Assembly: GCF_004010195.1 (NCBI RefSeq)
Contig: NC_057752.1
Span: 14,537,355 to 14,558,138 of the forward strand
Length of the DNA stretch: 20,784 bases
Reading direction: 5' to 3'
Origin: Chiloscyllium plagiosum
Lineage: Eukaryota
Below, piece after piece: positions 10,140 through 19,986 of the stretch. Each line of letters opens with the position of its first letter. The first letter of the stretch is position 1. The notes below the pieces were generated by a model, which had not been told where the DNA came from, did not search any database, and saw only the letters and a program-made list of their open reading frames with translations. The translations under genes were made by a program, and so were the position numbers.

Positions 10140-10890
10140 TTAGACCGTGGTGTACAACAAAGTATCATTACCTCTAAACAATGCAAGTTACTCATATGTG
10201 ATGCCACAAGCCTTGCACAACACTTGAGTCTCTATCTGCTGAAACTATGTACCACTGGAGAGATACACAATCTAAATGGCAGAGACAAATTCTTCTGTCT
10301 TTTCTGTCAGACTGACACAGGTATTATTCTACTGTGGGGATGGGAACACTCCAATCTTGCACTGAGAAAGACATCAGATACTTTCACAAGCCCTTGGGGA
10401 TAGACAGACGTATCTCACTGTCTTTGAAAAGCTCTGAAGATACCACCAGCTTTGCTGTTGCTTTTTGGACCCTATTGCCTTGTTTTATTGGAGTGTTGCC
10501 AATCCTCGAGATCTTTTGTCATTCATGTAATGAAAGGTCTATAGTCCCTTGTACCCAACCTTTAAACCTTCTAATTAGCTTCATATCAGCGTGGAAAATT
10601 ACATTGCTCAATATCAAGGTTCTAACGTGCCTAACGAAAGGAAGAGAGTGTTAGGAAGGGTTGATGCTTTCTCAGCACAATTCAAGATTCATGTACTCTG
10701 AATAGCTCCACCTTGTTAACTTCTCTCGATGCCAAGCCTCTTGGCTGGATTGAATGGAATAATCTTCAGGGAATGATGGAAACAGTGGGATTTGGTGCAA
10801 GCTTTCTCTAACTGATCTACCCATTAAATTCAAATCTCGGACCTAACATCCCTCAGACACTGAATACTATCTGTCAGTTTTACTGAATGG
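10140..10890 (+). pseudogene. Decayed L1/Tx1-clade ORF2 remnant, copy 2
   Basis: ICDATSLAQHLSLYLLKLCTTGE...DKFF (cf. DPxxINxxFxxxYxxLYxSE), ITLLNIKVL, KGR..VRK, LLTSLDAKPLGWIEWNNLQGMMETVGFGASFL*LIYPL (cf. SLDAEKAFDRVEWxYLxxxLExFGFGxxFIxWIxxLY). Confidence 0.8.
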
Positions 10891-10964
10891 TCACCCTTCT
10901 GAGGTTAGGTTCTGGTCCACACCAGTTACTGTAAGTAAGCCTGCAGGGGGCAGCAGGAGGTGAA

Positions 10965-11205
10965 GAAGGTCAATGGGATGTTGGGCCTTCATAGTGAGAG
11001 GGTTTGAGTACAGTAGCAGGGATGTCTTGCTGCAGTTGGACAGAGCCTTGGTGAGACCACACCTGGAGTATTGTGTGCAGTTTGGGTCTCCTTATCTGAG
11101 GAAGGATGTTCTGGTGATGGAGAGAGTACAGCAAAGGTTTCCCAGACTGATTCCTGGGATGGCAGGACTGACGCATGAAGAGACTGGATTGGTTAGGACT
11201 GAGCT
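10965..11205 (+). mobile_element. CR1 (family B) fragment
   Basis: AFIVRGFEYSSRDVLLQLDRALVRPHLEYCVQFGSPYLRKDVLVMERVQQRFPRLIPGM. Confidence 0.92.
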
Positions 11206-11289
11206 ATTTTAAAACAGCTTATGTTGTTTGTTGTCTCAAAAAATTGGTCATTATATTGAACTCCGCTAAAAGTGATCTCTCCATTGAGG

Positions 11290-11590
11290 GGAGGTGATGG
11301 CGTAGTGCTATTTACCAGACCACTAAGCCAGAGACCTAGTAAATGTTCTGGAGATCTGGGTTCGATTCCCATCATGGTAGAGTGTGGAACTTGAATTCAC
11401 TGAAAAGCTAGAATTAAAAGTCTAATGGAGATGCTACAACCATTGAAAAACCCATCTGGCTCATTAATGTCCTTCAGGGAAGGAAATCTGCCATCCTTAT
11501 CTGGTCTGATCTACATGTGACTCCAGACCTATAGCAATATGGGCGACTCACAATTGCGCGTTGAAATGGCCCAGCAAGCTACTCAGTTGT
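11290..11590 (+). mobile_element. Second tRNA-derived SINE family
   Basis: A box TGGCGTAGTG, B box GGTTCGATTCC; body (CCCATCTGG...AGGGAAG...CATGTGACTCCAGACC) is repeated inverted at 19987-20212. Confidence 0.85.
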
Positions 11591-11629
11591 ACCACTGTGC
11601 ACCATCAATAGCTCCAGAGCTGTATGGAT

Positions 11630-12163
11630 TCTTTTCTTGCTTCAGTATGTGGATGTCACTGGCTGGACACCCGCTGAGATGACTGACCTCGAACAACCAC
11701 AACCATCTTCCTATGTTCCAGGTATGACTCCAACCAGTAGAGAGTTTGCCCCCGATGCCCATTGATTCCAGGTTTGCCAGGGCTCCTTGATGCCACACTC
11801 GGTTGAATGCAGCCTTGATGTCAAGGGCTGTCCCTCTCCCCTCCCCTCTGGAGTTCAGCTCTTTTGTCCATGTTTGAACCAAGGCTGTACTGAGGTCAGG
11901 AGCTGAGTGACCCTGGTGGAACCCAAACTGGGCATCACTGAGCAGGTTATTGCTGAGCAGGTGCTGCTTGATAGCCCTGTTGGTGACACCTTCCATCACT
12001 TTCATGATGATTGAGAGTCGACCAATGGGGTGATAATTGGCTGGGTTGGATTTGTCCGGCTTTTTATGTACAGGAAATAACCTGGGCAATTTTCAATGTT
12101 GTCGGGTAGATTGTTGAACAGCTTGGCTAGGGGAGCGGCAAGTTCTGGAGCACAAGTCTTCAG
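11630..12163 (-). mobile_element. LINE family A RT N-terminal part, inverted relative to adjacent piece
   Basis: LKTCAPELAAPLAKLF, PVHKKPDKSNPANYHPI, DAQFGFHQGHS, ALDIKAAFNRVWH; nearly identical to reverse complement of 13215-13632. Confidence 0.92.
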
Positions 12164-12164
12164 A

Positions 12165-12788
12165 TTCTGAAGCACTGCATGTTCAAATGCTGTAAGATCT
12201 GGACAATATCCAGGATTGGGCTGAAAAGTAACATTCATGCCACACAAATACCAGACAATGCCAATCTCCAATAAGAGACAATCTAACGATTGCTCCTTGA
12301 CATTCAATGGCATTATCGTTGCTAAAACCCCCACTATCAACATGCTGGGGTTATGATTGACTAGCCTTATAAATAAAGTGGCTCCAAGAGCAGGTCAGAG
12401 CCTAGGAATCCTGCAGTGAGTAACTCACCTCCTGTCTCCCCAAAGTCTGTCCCACCATCTACAAGGCGCAAGTCAGGAGGGTGATGGAATACTCCCCACT
12501 TGCCTGGATGGGGGCAGCTCCAACAACACTCAAGAAGCTCAACACCATCCAGGACAAAGCAGCCACTTAATTGGCACCACATCCACAAGCATCCACTCCC
12601 TCCCCCACCGACGCTCAGTAGTAGCAGTGTTTACCATCCAGAAGATGCACTGGAGAAATTCACCAAGGCTCATGAGACAGCACCTTCCAAAGCCATAATC
12701 ACCATCACCTTCTCAAGGGCAATTAAGGACAGACAATAAATGCTGGTCCAGCCAGTGGCGCCTCCATCCTATGAATGAAAAAAAAAAT
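12165..12788 (+). mobile_element. LINE family A RT C-terminal part and 3' end with A tail
   Basis: DLDNIQDWAE, YKAQVRRVMEYSPLAWMGAAPTTLKKLNTIQDK, end GGGCAATTAAGGACAGACAATAAATGCTGG...GAATGAAAAAAAAAA. Confidence 0.92.
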
Positions 12789-12794
12789 TGCATC

Positions 12795-13080
12795 TTCAAT
12801 CTATCAATCAGTACAGAGCTTCAAGCTGACAGAGAGAGCTGTGATCATGGCTATGTTTGATCCACTAGGTGAGAGTGTAACCCATCAATCATATGGACCC
12901 AGTCAGAGAGTTGTGATTAATCACTAATACTGATCCAATCAGGGAAAGTTGTGATCAACCTGTAATGTTGGTCCAATCTAAGAGAGTTGTGATCTAACAC
13001 GAGCATTGTCCCATTAGGAAGTTAAAATATGGAGTTGACATATGCATCAAACTTGATCAAATTTCTAATTGACTGATGAT
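12795..13080. repeat. Diverged block (~6-7 units) of the ~39-bp satellite
   Basis: GAGAGTTGTGATTAATCACTAATACTGATCCAATCAGGGAAAGTTGTGATCAACCTGTAATGTTGGTCCAATC; same periodicity and motifs as the main array. Confidence 0.75.
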
Positions 13081-13164
13081 CCCCAGCGTGAACAGTGCAC
13101 TCCTGTTCCTATATTCCGCTTTTAGTGACTTCAAACAAGGATGATCACAAATATGACAAACATG

Positions 13165-13856
13165 GTTGTTCCAGTATAGTCACAACACTGGCATCTACTC
13201 ACCAATGTGGAAAGATGCCCAGGTATGTCCTGTACACAAAAGGCAGGTCAAATCCAACCCAGAGAATTACCGCCCCATCAGTCTCCTCTCGATCATCATG
13301 AAAGTGATGGAAGGTGTCACCAACAGTGCTATCAAGCAGCACCTGCTCAGCAATACCCTGCTCAGTGACACCCAGTTTGGGTTCCACCAGGGCCACTCAG
13401 CTCCTGACCTCATTACAGCCTTGGTTCAAACATGGACAAAAGAGCTGAACTCCAGAGGGGAGGGGAGAGGGACAGCCCTTGACATCAAGGGTGCGTTCGA
13501 CCGAGTGTGGCATTAAGGAGCCCTGGCAAAACTGGAATCAATGGGTATCAGGGGGCAAACTCTCCGCTGGTTGGAGTCATACCTGGCACATAGGAAGATG
13601 GTTTTGGTTGTTGGAGGTCAGTTATCTCAGCCCCAGGACATCTCTGCAGGAGTTCCTCAGGGTAGTGTCCAGGCCCAACCATCTTCAGCTGCTTCAGCTA
13701 TGACCTTCCCTCCATCATTGCGGGGACGTTTGCCCATGATTACACAGCTCGTGGACTGCAGCGGTTCAAGAAGGCAGCTCACCCCCACCTTCTCAAGGGG
13801 CCAACCAGGGGTGGCCAATAAATACTGGGCCAGGTGCTACACATGAGCGAATGAAA
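13165..13856 (+). mobile_element. LINE family A RT fragment joined by internal deletion to its 3' end
   Basis: WKDAQVCPVHK...NYRPISLLSII...DTQFGF...LDIKGAFDRVWH, AGVPQGSV; jumps at ~13720-13750 to GGACTGCAGCGGTTCAAGAAGGCAGCTCACC...AATAAATACTGG. Confidence 0.92.
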
Positions 13857-13859
13857 CAA

Positions 13860-14890
13860 GTTACTTGTTTAGCGATATCAGCCACTTTTCTTGGCTTTGT
13901 GAATAGCTGCGTGCCTTGCAGAAAATTCATTCTGATCCCAATGTCTCGTCAAAGGTTTTCAAATCAGAACATACTACTTTGCCACTGTGATTCTTTGTAC
14001 ATTGTCTTTAAATTTTATCTGGGCTTGATTCCAGTGAGGCCCAATCACAGTTTAAGATCTTCAGGGACGAACTGATGGCTTTGAGTTTCTGATTATCTCA
14101 AAAATCCCAATAGATGCCATCAATTTTGCTTTTGGAATTGCTTGTATCATTGTATTGTTAGTCCAAAAGACCTTCTATGATTCATTTCATGATGGGGAAT
14201 GTAATGAGAGGTCCTTAGTCCCTTCTACTCAACCTTTAAACCTTCTAATCAGCTTCATATCAGAGTGGAAAATTACTTTGCTCCCTGTCATGTGCCTAAT
14301 ACAAGGAAGAATTAGGAAGGTTTGCTGCTTCTTGCACTATCAGGACTCTTGCACTCTGAAGGTTGGAACTGGAACAGCTCAGAGCAGGGAACTCTGTTGC
14401 CATATCATCATATTATTACTGTTCAGAAATATTGCTCAGAAAGACTTTGAGGTCTGGCCTTAACTTGCAGGAGGAATGGAAGAATCCACACACAGTTGAC
14501 ACACCAATCCACAGGAGACTTTTATTTTTCTCTCTCAAGGCGAAGTTGAGAGCCACGAGCGAATAATCCTGAGGAGTCTTCTGAATATTGCATGTTAAAG
14601 ACTTACCAAGAAGGGAAGGAAAGTGAGAAATCCTGTCAAGTGTCTTTATGTTCACAGTACCTTCCTCTTCAGAACTGTTTTGCTCTCAGCAAAGGACTTA
14701 CACAGGCAGTGATTCCTCCATCATCAACGTATCTAGCAACTAGAGTTACAACGCAGTGAGTGAATAGGGTTCAGTCAGAAACTTTGAGCTAGTGACAGAA
14801 TATTTGTGGCCAACTATGCTCATTTACCTAACAGAAAAGTATTGTGAACCATTATGAACTTTCATACATTGAAAGGTCGAGTTGGGATCC
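13860..14890 (+). pseudogene. Decayed L1/Tx1-clade ORF2 remnant, copy 3
   Basis: IHSDPNVSSKVFKSE, RDELMAL, shared block LISFISEWKITLL, SEQGTLLP (cf. TRQGCPLSP), FIFLSQ, TYLATRVT (cf. YLGIxI), RIFVANYAHL and TLKGRVGI (cf. LFxxNYxPL...SLxGRI), in ORF2 order. Confidence 0.75.
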
Positions 14891-17240
14891 ATGATTAACA
14901 TTGACCGAATGAGAGAGAGAGATGTGATCAATCACTCACATTGATCCAACTGGGGAGAGATATGATCAACCACTGATACTGATCCAATGAGAGAGGGAAC
15001 AAGAGAGGGAAATGTGATCAATCATTGACATGAATTCAATGAATGGGAGAGAGATGTGATCAGTCACTGACATTGATCCAATGAGAGAGAGATGTAAGCC
15101 TGATCACTAACGTTGATCTAAAGACAGAAATCAGTGATGATCAATCACTCAAATTGATCCAATAGGATATATATTTGGTCAATGACTGACACCCAATGAG
15201 AGAGAGATGTGATCAATACTGACATTGATCCAATGAGATTAATCCAGTGATTAATCAGTGATGATGACCCAATGAGAGAGAGAGATGTAATCAATCACTG
15301 AAACTGATCCGGTGAGAGAGATGAGATCAGTCACTCACATTGACCAATGACAGAGAGAGAGAGACGTTATCAATCACTGACATTGTCCTGTTGAGAGAGA
15401 GAGAGACAAGACTGATTACTGACATTGATCAGATTTCTCTCTCGTAACAATCACTGACATTGATCTAAATAGAGAAATAATTGATCGATCGCTCTCATTA
15501 TTCCAATGAGAGATTATATGATCTAAGATTGAGATTTACCCAATGAGAAAGACATTTGATCAATCACTGAAATTGATTCAACGAGAGAGAGAGATATGAG
15601 ATTGATCATTCACGTTGATCCAAAGAGAGCTCTGATCAATTAGTGACATTGACTAATGAGAGAGATATACTGACAGTCACTGCAGTTGACAAAGTGTGAG
15701 TGAGAAATGACCAATTATTGCCACTGACCCAACGAAAGGAGATGAGACCAATTATTGACATTGATCCAATGAGAGAAAGATGTAATTAATCCCTGACATT
15801 TATTCAGTGAGGGACAGACACTGCCAATCACTGATGTTGGTCCTATGATTGAGAGAGAGGAGGTCAACCACTGATATTGATCCAGTGAAATACAGAATTG
15901 ATCACTGACAATGATCCAATAAGAGATAGAGAGTTCTGATCAATCACTGACATTGAAAAGAGCAATAGGTGATTAATCACTCACGTGGATCCAAAGAGCA
16001 ATATATGTGATCAATGACTGATATTTACCCATTGAGAAAGGAAGATGTGATCAATCACTCACATTGTTCCAATGAGAGAGAGATATGATTAATCAGTGAC
16101 ATTGACCCAATGGGAGAATGATGCGATCAAAGACTGCCACTGATCCAATGAGAGAGTGAGATGTGATCATTAACTGATTTTGCTGGAACGAGAGAGAGAG
16201 ATGTGATCATTCACAGACGTTGATCTATTGGCAAAGAGATGGAGAGAGGTATAATTAATTAATGATATTGATCTAATGAGAGAGACATGTGGTCAGTGAA
16301 ATCGATCCAATGAGTGAGATGTGACCATTCGCTAACATTTATTCAATGAGAGCGACGTGATCAATCACTGGCATTGATCCAAAAAGAGAAATAGGTGATC
16401 AATCACTTGCATGGATCCGATGAGAGATAAATGTGATCAAAGCCTGACATTTACCTGATAAGAGAGAAATGTGATCAAGCACGAAAATTGATCCAATGAG
16501 AGAGAGAGATGGGATCAATCACTGGCATTGATCAATGAACGAGAGGGATATTATCGATCACTGAAATTGTCCAAATCAGAGAAATATCTGATCAAACGCT
16601 GACATTAATCCGATGAGAGAGAAATGTGATCAATCTCTGACGTTGAGATAATTAGAGATGTGATCAATCCACTGACATTGATCCATGAGAGAGAGAGAAA
16701 GAGAGAGGATCAGTGACATTCATCCAATGAAAGAGAGATGTGATCAGTCAGTGACAGTGATCCAATGAGAGAGGCATGTGGTCAATCACTGATTTTGACC
16801 CAGTGAGAGGTGTGATCAGTGAAATTGATCCAATGAGAGAGAGATGTGATCATTCACTCATGTTGATCCAATGGGAATGATGTGATCAACTACTGACACT
16901 GATGATATGAGAGACAGATTAAGTCACACACTAATCCAATGAGAGAGAGTGATCTAATCAACCAGTGACATTGATTGAACAAGAGATGTGATCATTCACT
17001 GACAGTGAACCAATGAGAGTGAGATAGATCAATCACTGACAGTGATCCAGAGAGAGATGTGATCATTCCCTGACATTAACCTAATGAGAAAGTGATGTGA
17101 TCAATCACTCAAATTGGTCCAATTATAGAAAGAAGTAATCGCTCACTGACAGTGATCTAATGTGTATGTGTGTGTATGTGTATGTGAGAGAGAGAGAGAG
17201 AGAGAGACAGAGAGATGTGATCTATCACTACCGTTGATCT
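14891..17240. repeat. Degenerate tandem satellite, ~38-40 bp unit, about 60 copies
   Basis: Consensus GATGTGATCAATCACTGACATTGATCCAAT(GA)3-6 read directly; unit length varies through the GA tract; no ORF >=60 aa in the track across it. Confidence 0.95.
17161..17214. repeat. Compound microsatellite (TG/TA)n(GA)n within a satellite unit
   Basis: TGTGTATGTGTGTGTATGTGTATGTGAGAGAGAGAGAGAGAGAGACAGAGAGA. Confidence 0.95.
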
Positions 17241-17249
17241 AGTCTACGT

Positions 17250-18256
17250 CATTGCCTCCTCGAATCTCTCAGCATCAACATTCTGTGTGTGGCATGGTGA
17301 CTCAGTGATTAGCACTGCTGCCTCACAACGCTAGGGACCCGGGTTCGATTCCAGTCTCGGGCGACTGTCTGTGTAGAGTTTGCACATTCTCCCTGTGTCT
17401 GCGTGGGTTTCGTCCGGCTGCTCTGGTTTCCTCCCGCAATCTAAGGATGTGCAGGTCAGGTGAATTGGCCGTGCTAAATTGCGCACAGTGTAAGTTATTA
17501 AGTATGGGGTAAGTATAGGTTAGGGGAATGGGTCTGGGTGGTTGCTGTCTGGAGGGTCAGTGTGGATTTGTTGGGCCGAAGGACCTGTTTCCACACTGTA
17601 GGGATTCTAATTCTATTTCTTACTGTTGACCAGAAGGTCAACTGGACCCACCATACAAAAACAGTGGCTACAAGAGCAGGTCAGAGGCTAGGAATACTTC
17701 GGCAAGTAACTTACCTCCTGACTCCCCAAAGCCTGTCCACCTTCTACAAGGCACAGGTCAGGAGTGTGATGGAATACTCCCCACTTGCCTGGATGGGGGC
17801 AGCTCCAACAACACTCAAGAAGCTCAACACCATCCAGGATAAAACAGCCCGCTGGATTGGCACCACACCCACTCCCTCCACCACTGAAGCAGCAGTGTGT
17901 ACCATCTACAAGATGCACTGCAGAAATTCACCAAAGATCTTCAGGCAGCACCTTCCAAACCCACAACCACTTCCATCTAGAAGGACAAGGGAGCAGATAC
18001 ATGGGAACACCACCCCCTGCAAGTTCCCCTCCAAGCCTCTCACCATTCTGACTTGGAAATATATCGCTGTTCCTTCAGTGTCGCTGGGTCAAAATCCTGA
18101 AATTCCCTCCCTCAAGGCATTGTGGGTCAACCCACAGCACATGGACTGCAGCTGTTCAAGATGGCAGCTCACCCCCACCTTCTCAAGGGGGCAACTAGGG
18201 ACGGGCAATAAATGCTGGGCCCAGCCAACAATGTCCATGTCCCACCAGTGAAAAAC
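17250..18256 (+). mobile_element. LINE family A 3' portion inserted in the satellite, itself interrupted by a SINE
   Basis: Longest ORF (17538-18251): DQKVNWTHHTKTVATRAGQRLGILRQ...YKAQVRSVMEYSPLAW...IQDK; ends GGGCAATAAATGCTGGGCCCAGCC...GAAAAA; ATCAACATTCTG at 17275 is the piece left of the SINE. Confidence 0.9.
17290..17615 (+). mobile_element. HE1/V-SINE-type SINE
   Basis: A box TGACTCAGTGA, B box GGTTCGATTCC, V-domain, tail GTTGGGCCGAAGGACCTGTTTCCACACTGTAGGGATTCTAATTCTA. Confidence 0.93.
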
Positions 18257-18257
18257 A

Positions 18258-18716
18258 AACCACTGAAATTGATACACTGAGAGAAAGATGTGATCAATCA
18301 CTCATATCGATCCAAGTATAGAACTACGTGATCAATCACTGACAGTGACGATAGAGAGAGAGAGCGAGAGCGTGAGATGTGGTCACTAGCAGACATCAAT
18401 TCAACGAGAGAGTGATATATTCAATCACCAACTTTGATCCAATGGAAGACTTAATAATCAATCATGAAGAACGGACCAATGAGAGAGAGTTGTGATCAAA
18501 CGGCAATGTTGGTCCAGTATGAGAAGGATGTGATGAATTCCTATCTTAGGACCAATGAGAAAGATTTGTAATGAATTCCTAATGTTGGACCAATGAGAGA
18601 GTAATGTGATCAGTCACAAACATTGGTCCAATGAGGGAGTTCTGATCAAGCTAACATAATTAGTGATCACTAACATTAATCCAATGAGACAGAGTTCTAA
18701 TCCACCATTAACATTG
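18258..18716. repeat. Right-hand block (~12 units) of the ~39-bp satellite, increasingly diverged
   Basis: GATGTGATCAATCACTCATATCGATCCAA..., then GAGTTGTGATCAAACGGCAATGTTGGTCCA variants. Confidence 0.88.
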
Positions 18717-18984
18717 CACATTGCAACATCGGAATAAGAAGAGGCTACGTAACTCCTCAAATCACTCAATGAGACAAGGTCTGAACGGTGATCTAATCAC
18801 ATAATGTCTTCACCCAGAATCCCTTACATTTGGTTAACAGGAAATGATCAATACAATTTGATAATGAACAACCAATCGGGTGTCAATGCTGTTACAGCAG
18901 TGTGTTCCAAATTTCCATCATCTTTTGCATACAAAAATCTGGCTCCAATATTTAAACAATGCTCCCTCATCCTTGCTGTTGCAA

Positions 18985-19302
18985 GCAGCCTGGTGACTCA
19001 GTGGTTAGCACTGTTACCTCACAGTGCCAGGGACACAGGTTTGATCCTAGCCTCAGGTGACTGTGTGGAGTTTGTGTGTTTTCCCTGTGTCTGTGTGGGT
19101 TTCCTCTTACAATCCAAAGATGTGCAAGTTAGGTGAATTGGCCATGCTAAATTGCCCATCGTGTTCAGGGGATGTGTATTAGTTCGGGTAAATGTAAATG
19201 AATAGGGTAGGGGAATGGGTCTGGGTTGGTTGTTCTTCGGAGGGTTGGTGTGAACTTGTTGGGCCAAAAGGCCTGATCCCACAGTGTAGGGATTCTATTC
19301 TA
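18985..19302 (+). mobile_element. HE1/V-SINE-type SINE
   Basis: A box TGACTCAGTGG, B box GGTTTGATCC, V-domain, tail CACAGTGTAGGGATTCTATTCTA. Confidence 0.92.
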
Positions 19303-19537
19303 GCAGAAATATTTTCCCTCCAGTTTCCCTGCCTGTTCCTCTCAGTGCCTTCTAAACGTTGAGCTAAATTGCAGGCAATATAACCATAGTCTGTGTAATC
19401 TCTCCTTCCAGTGTAATCTTGGGCATCCAGGGAGCATTGTGGTGAATCAGACCACATTTCCCTCGAAGATTAATCTATCCTTCCTAAAATGTGGTGCTTA
19501 GAACTGTGTGCTGTACTCCAGGAGTAATCTAATCATA

Positions 19538-19660
19538 GTGTGCAGGTTAGGTGCATTAATCAGGGGGGAATGGGTCTGGGTGGGTTACTCTTCGGAGGAT
19601 CGGTGTGGACTTGTTGGGCTGAAGGGCCTGTTTCCACACTGTCGGGATTCTAGGATTCTG
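19538..19660 (+). mobile_element. 5'-truncated HE1-type SINE
   Basis: GGGAATGGGTCTGGGTGG...GTTGGGCTGAAGGGCCTGTTTCCACACTGTCGGGATTCTAGGATTCT matches 3' halves of 17290-17615 and 18985-19302. Confidence 0.88.
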
Positions 19661-19986
19661 TTCCTTAAGACATAAAGGCCAGAATTCCATTTACCTTTCT
19701 GAATATTTTCTGGACCTGTTTGTGACATTTTAATGACATCTATAGCTGGACTGACATCTATAGCTGTCTATCCCATCACTGTGACGGAATACGGTGAAGA
19801 ATTGAGGTTTGAACACAGATCAGATCTTTGTGGGACACCACAAGTCACATCTAGCTGATTAATGACTCATTATCCTTCAGTCTCAAGAAAAGGGACTGAT
19901 CATTTAGGATCAAGATGAGAAGAAATATCTACACTCAATCTTTGGCCTATCAGATTGCAGGTGCTCCACTCTTGAATATATGTAAA

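Larger units (their letters stand above)
18725..19760 (-). mobile_element. Old CR1 (family B) remnant interrupted by two SINEs
   Basis: TCCTTCCTAAAATGTGGTGCTTAGAACTGTGTGCTGTACTCCAG = LEYSTQF*APHFRKD on minus; ATAAAGGCCAGAATTCCATTTACCTTTCTG = RKVNGILAF. Confidence 0.65.

Noticed and set aside
10400..10740. Minus-strand reading (REVNKVELFRV...VIFHADMKLIRRFKGWVQGTIDL) that looked like an endogenous RNA-virus protein
   Set aside because: The plus strand carries ordered L1 RT motifs (SLDAK, IEW, GFGASF); the minus frame has stops and is the shadow frame sharing third codon positions.
14720..14731. YVDD reverse-transcriptase-like motif on the minus strand
   Set aside because: Isolated, no flanking RT motifs, and antisense to the L1 TYLATRVT segment.
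14891..17240. CRISPR-like array (palindromic ~30-bp repeat with regular spacing)
   Set aside because: Intervening sequence is only a short GA tract rather than unique spacers, repeats are degenerate, no cas genes, vertebrate TE context.
14891..17240. Repetitive coding sequence (13-aa period)
   Set aside because: Consensus has stops in five frames, GA tract length changes break the sixth, and no ORF >=60 aa is listed.
17538..18251. 237-aa ORF as a host gene
   Set aside because: Starts at a GTG inside a SINE tail and continues through LINE family A C-terminus and 3' end; same peptides recur in other dead copies.
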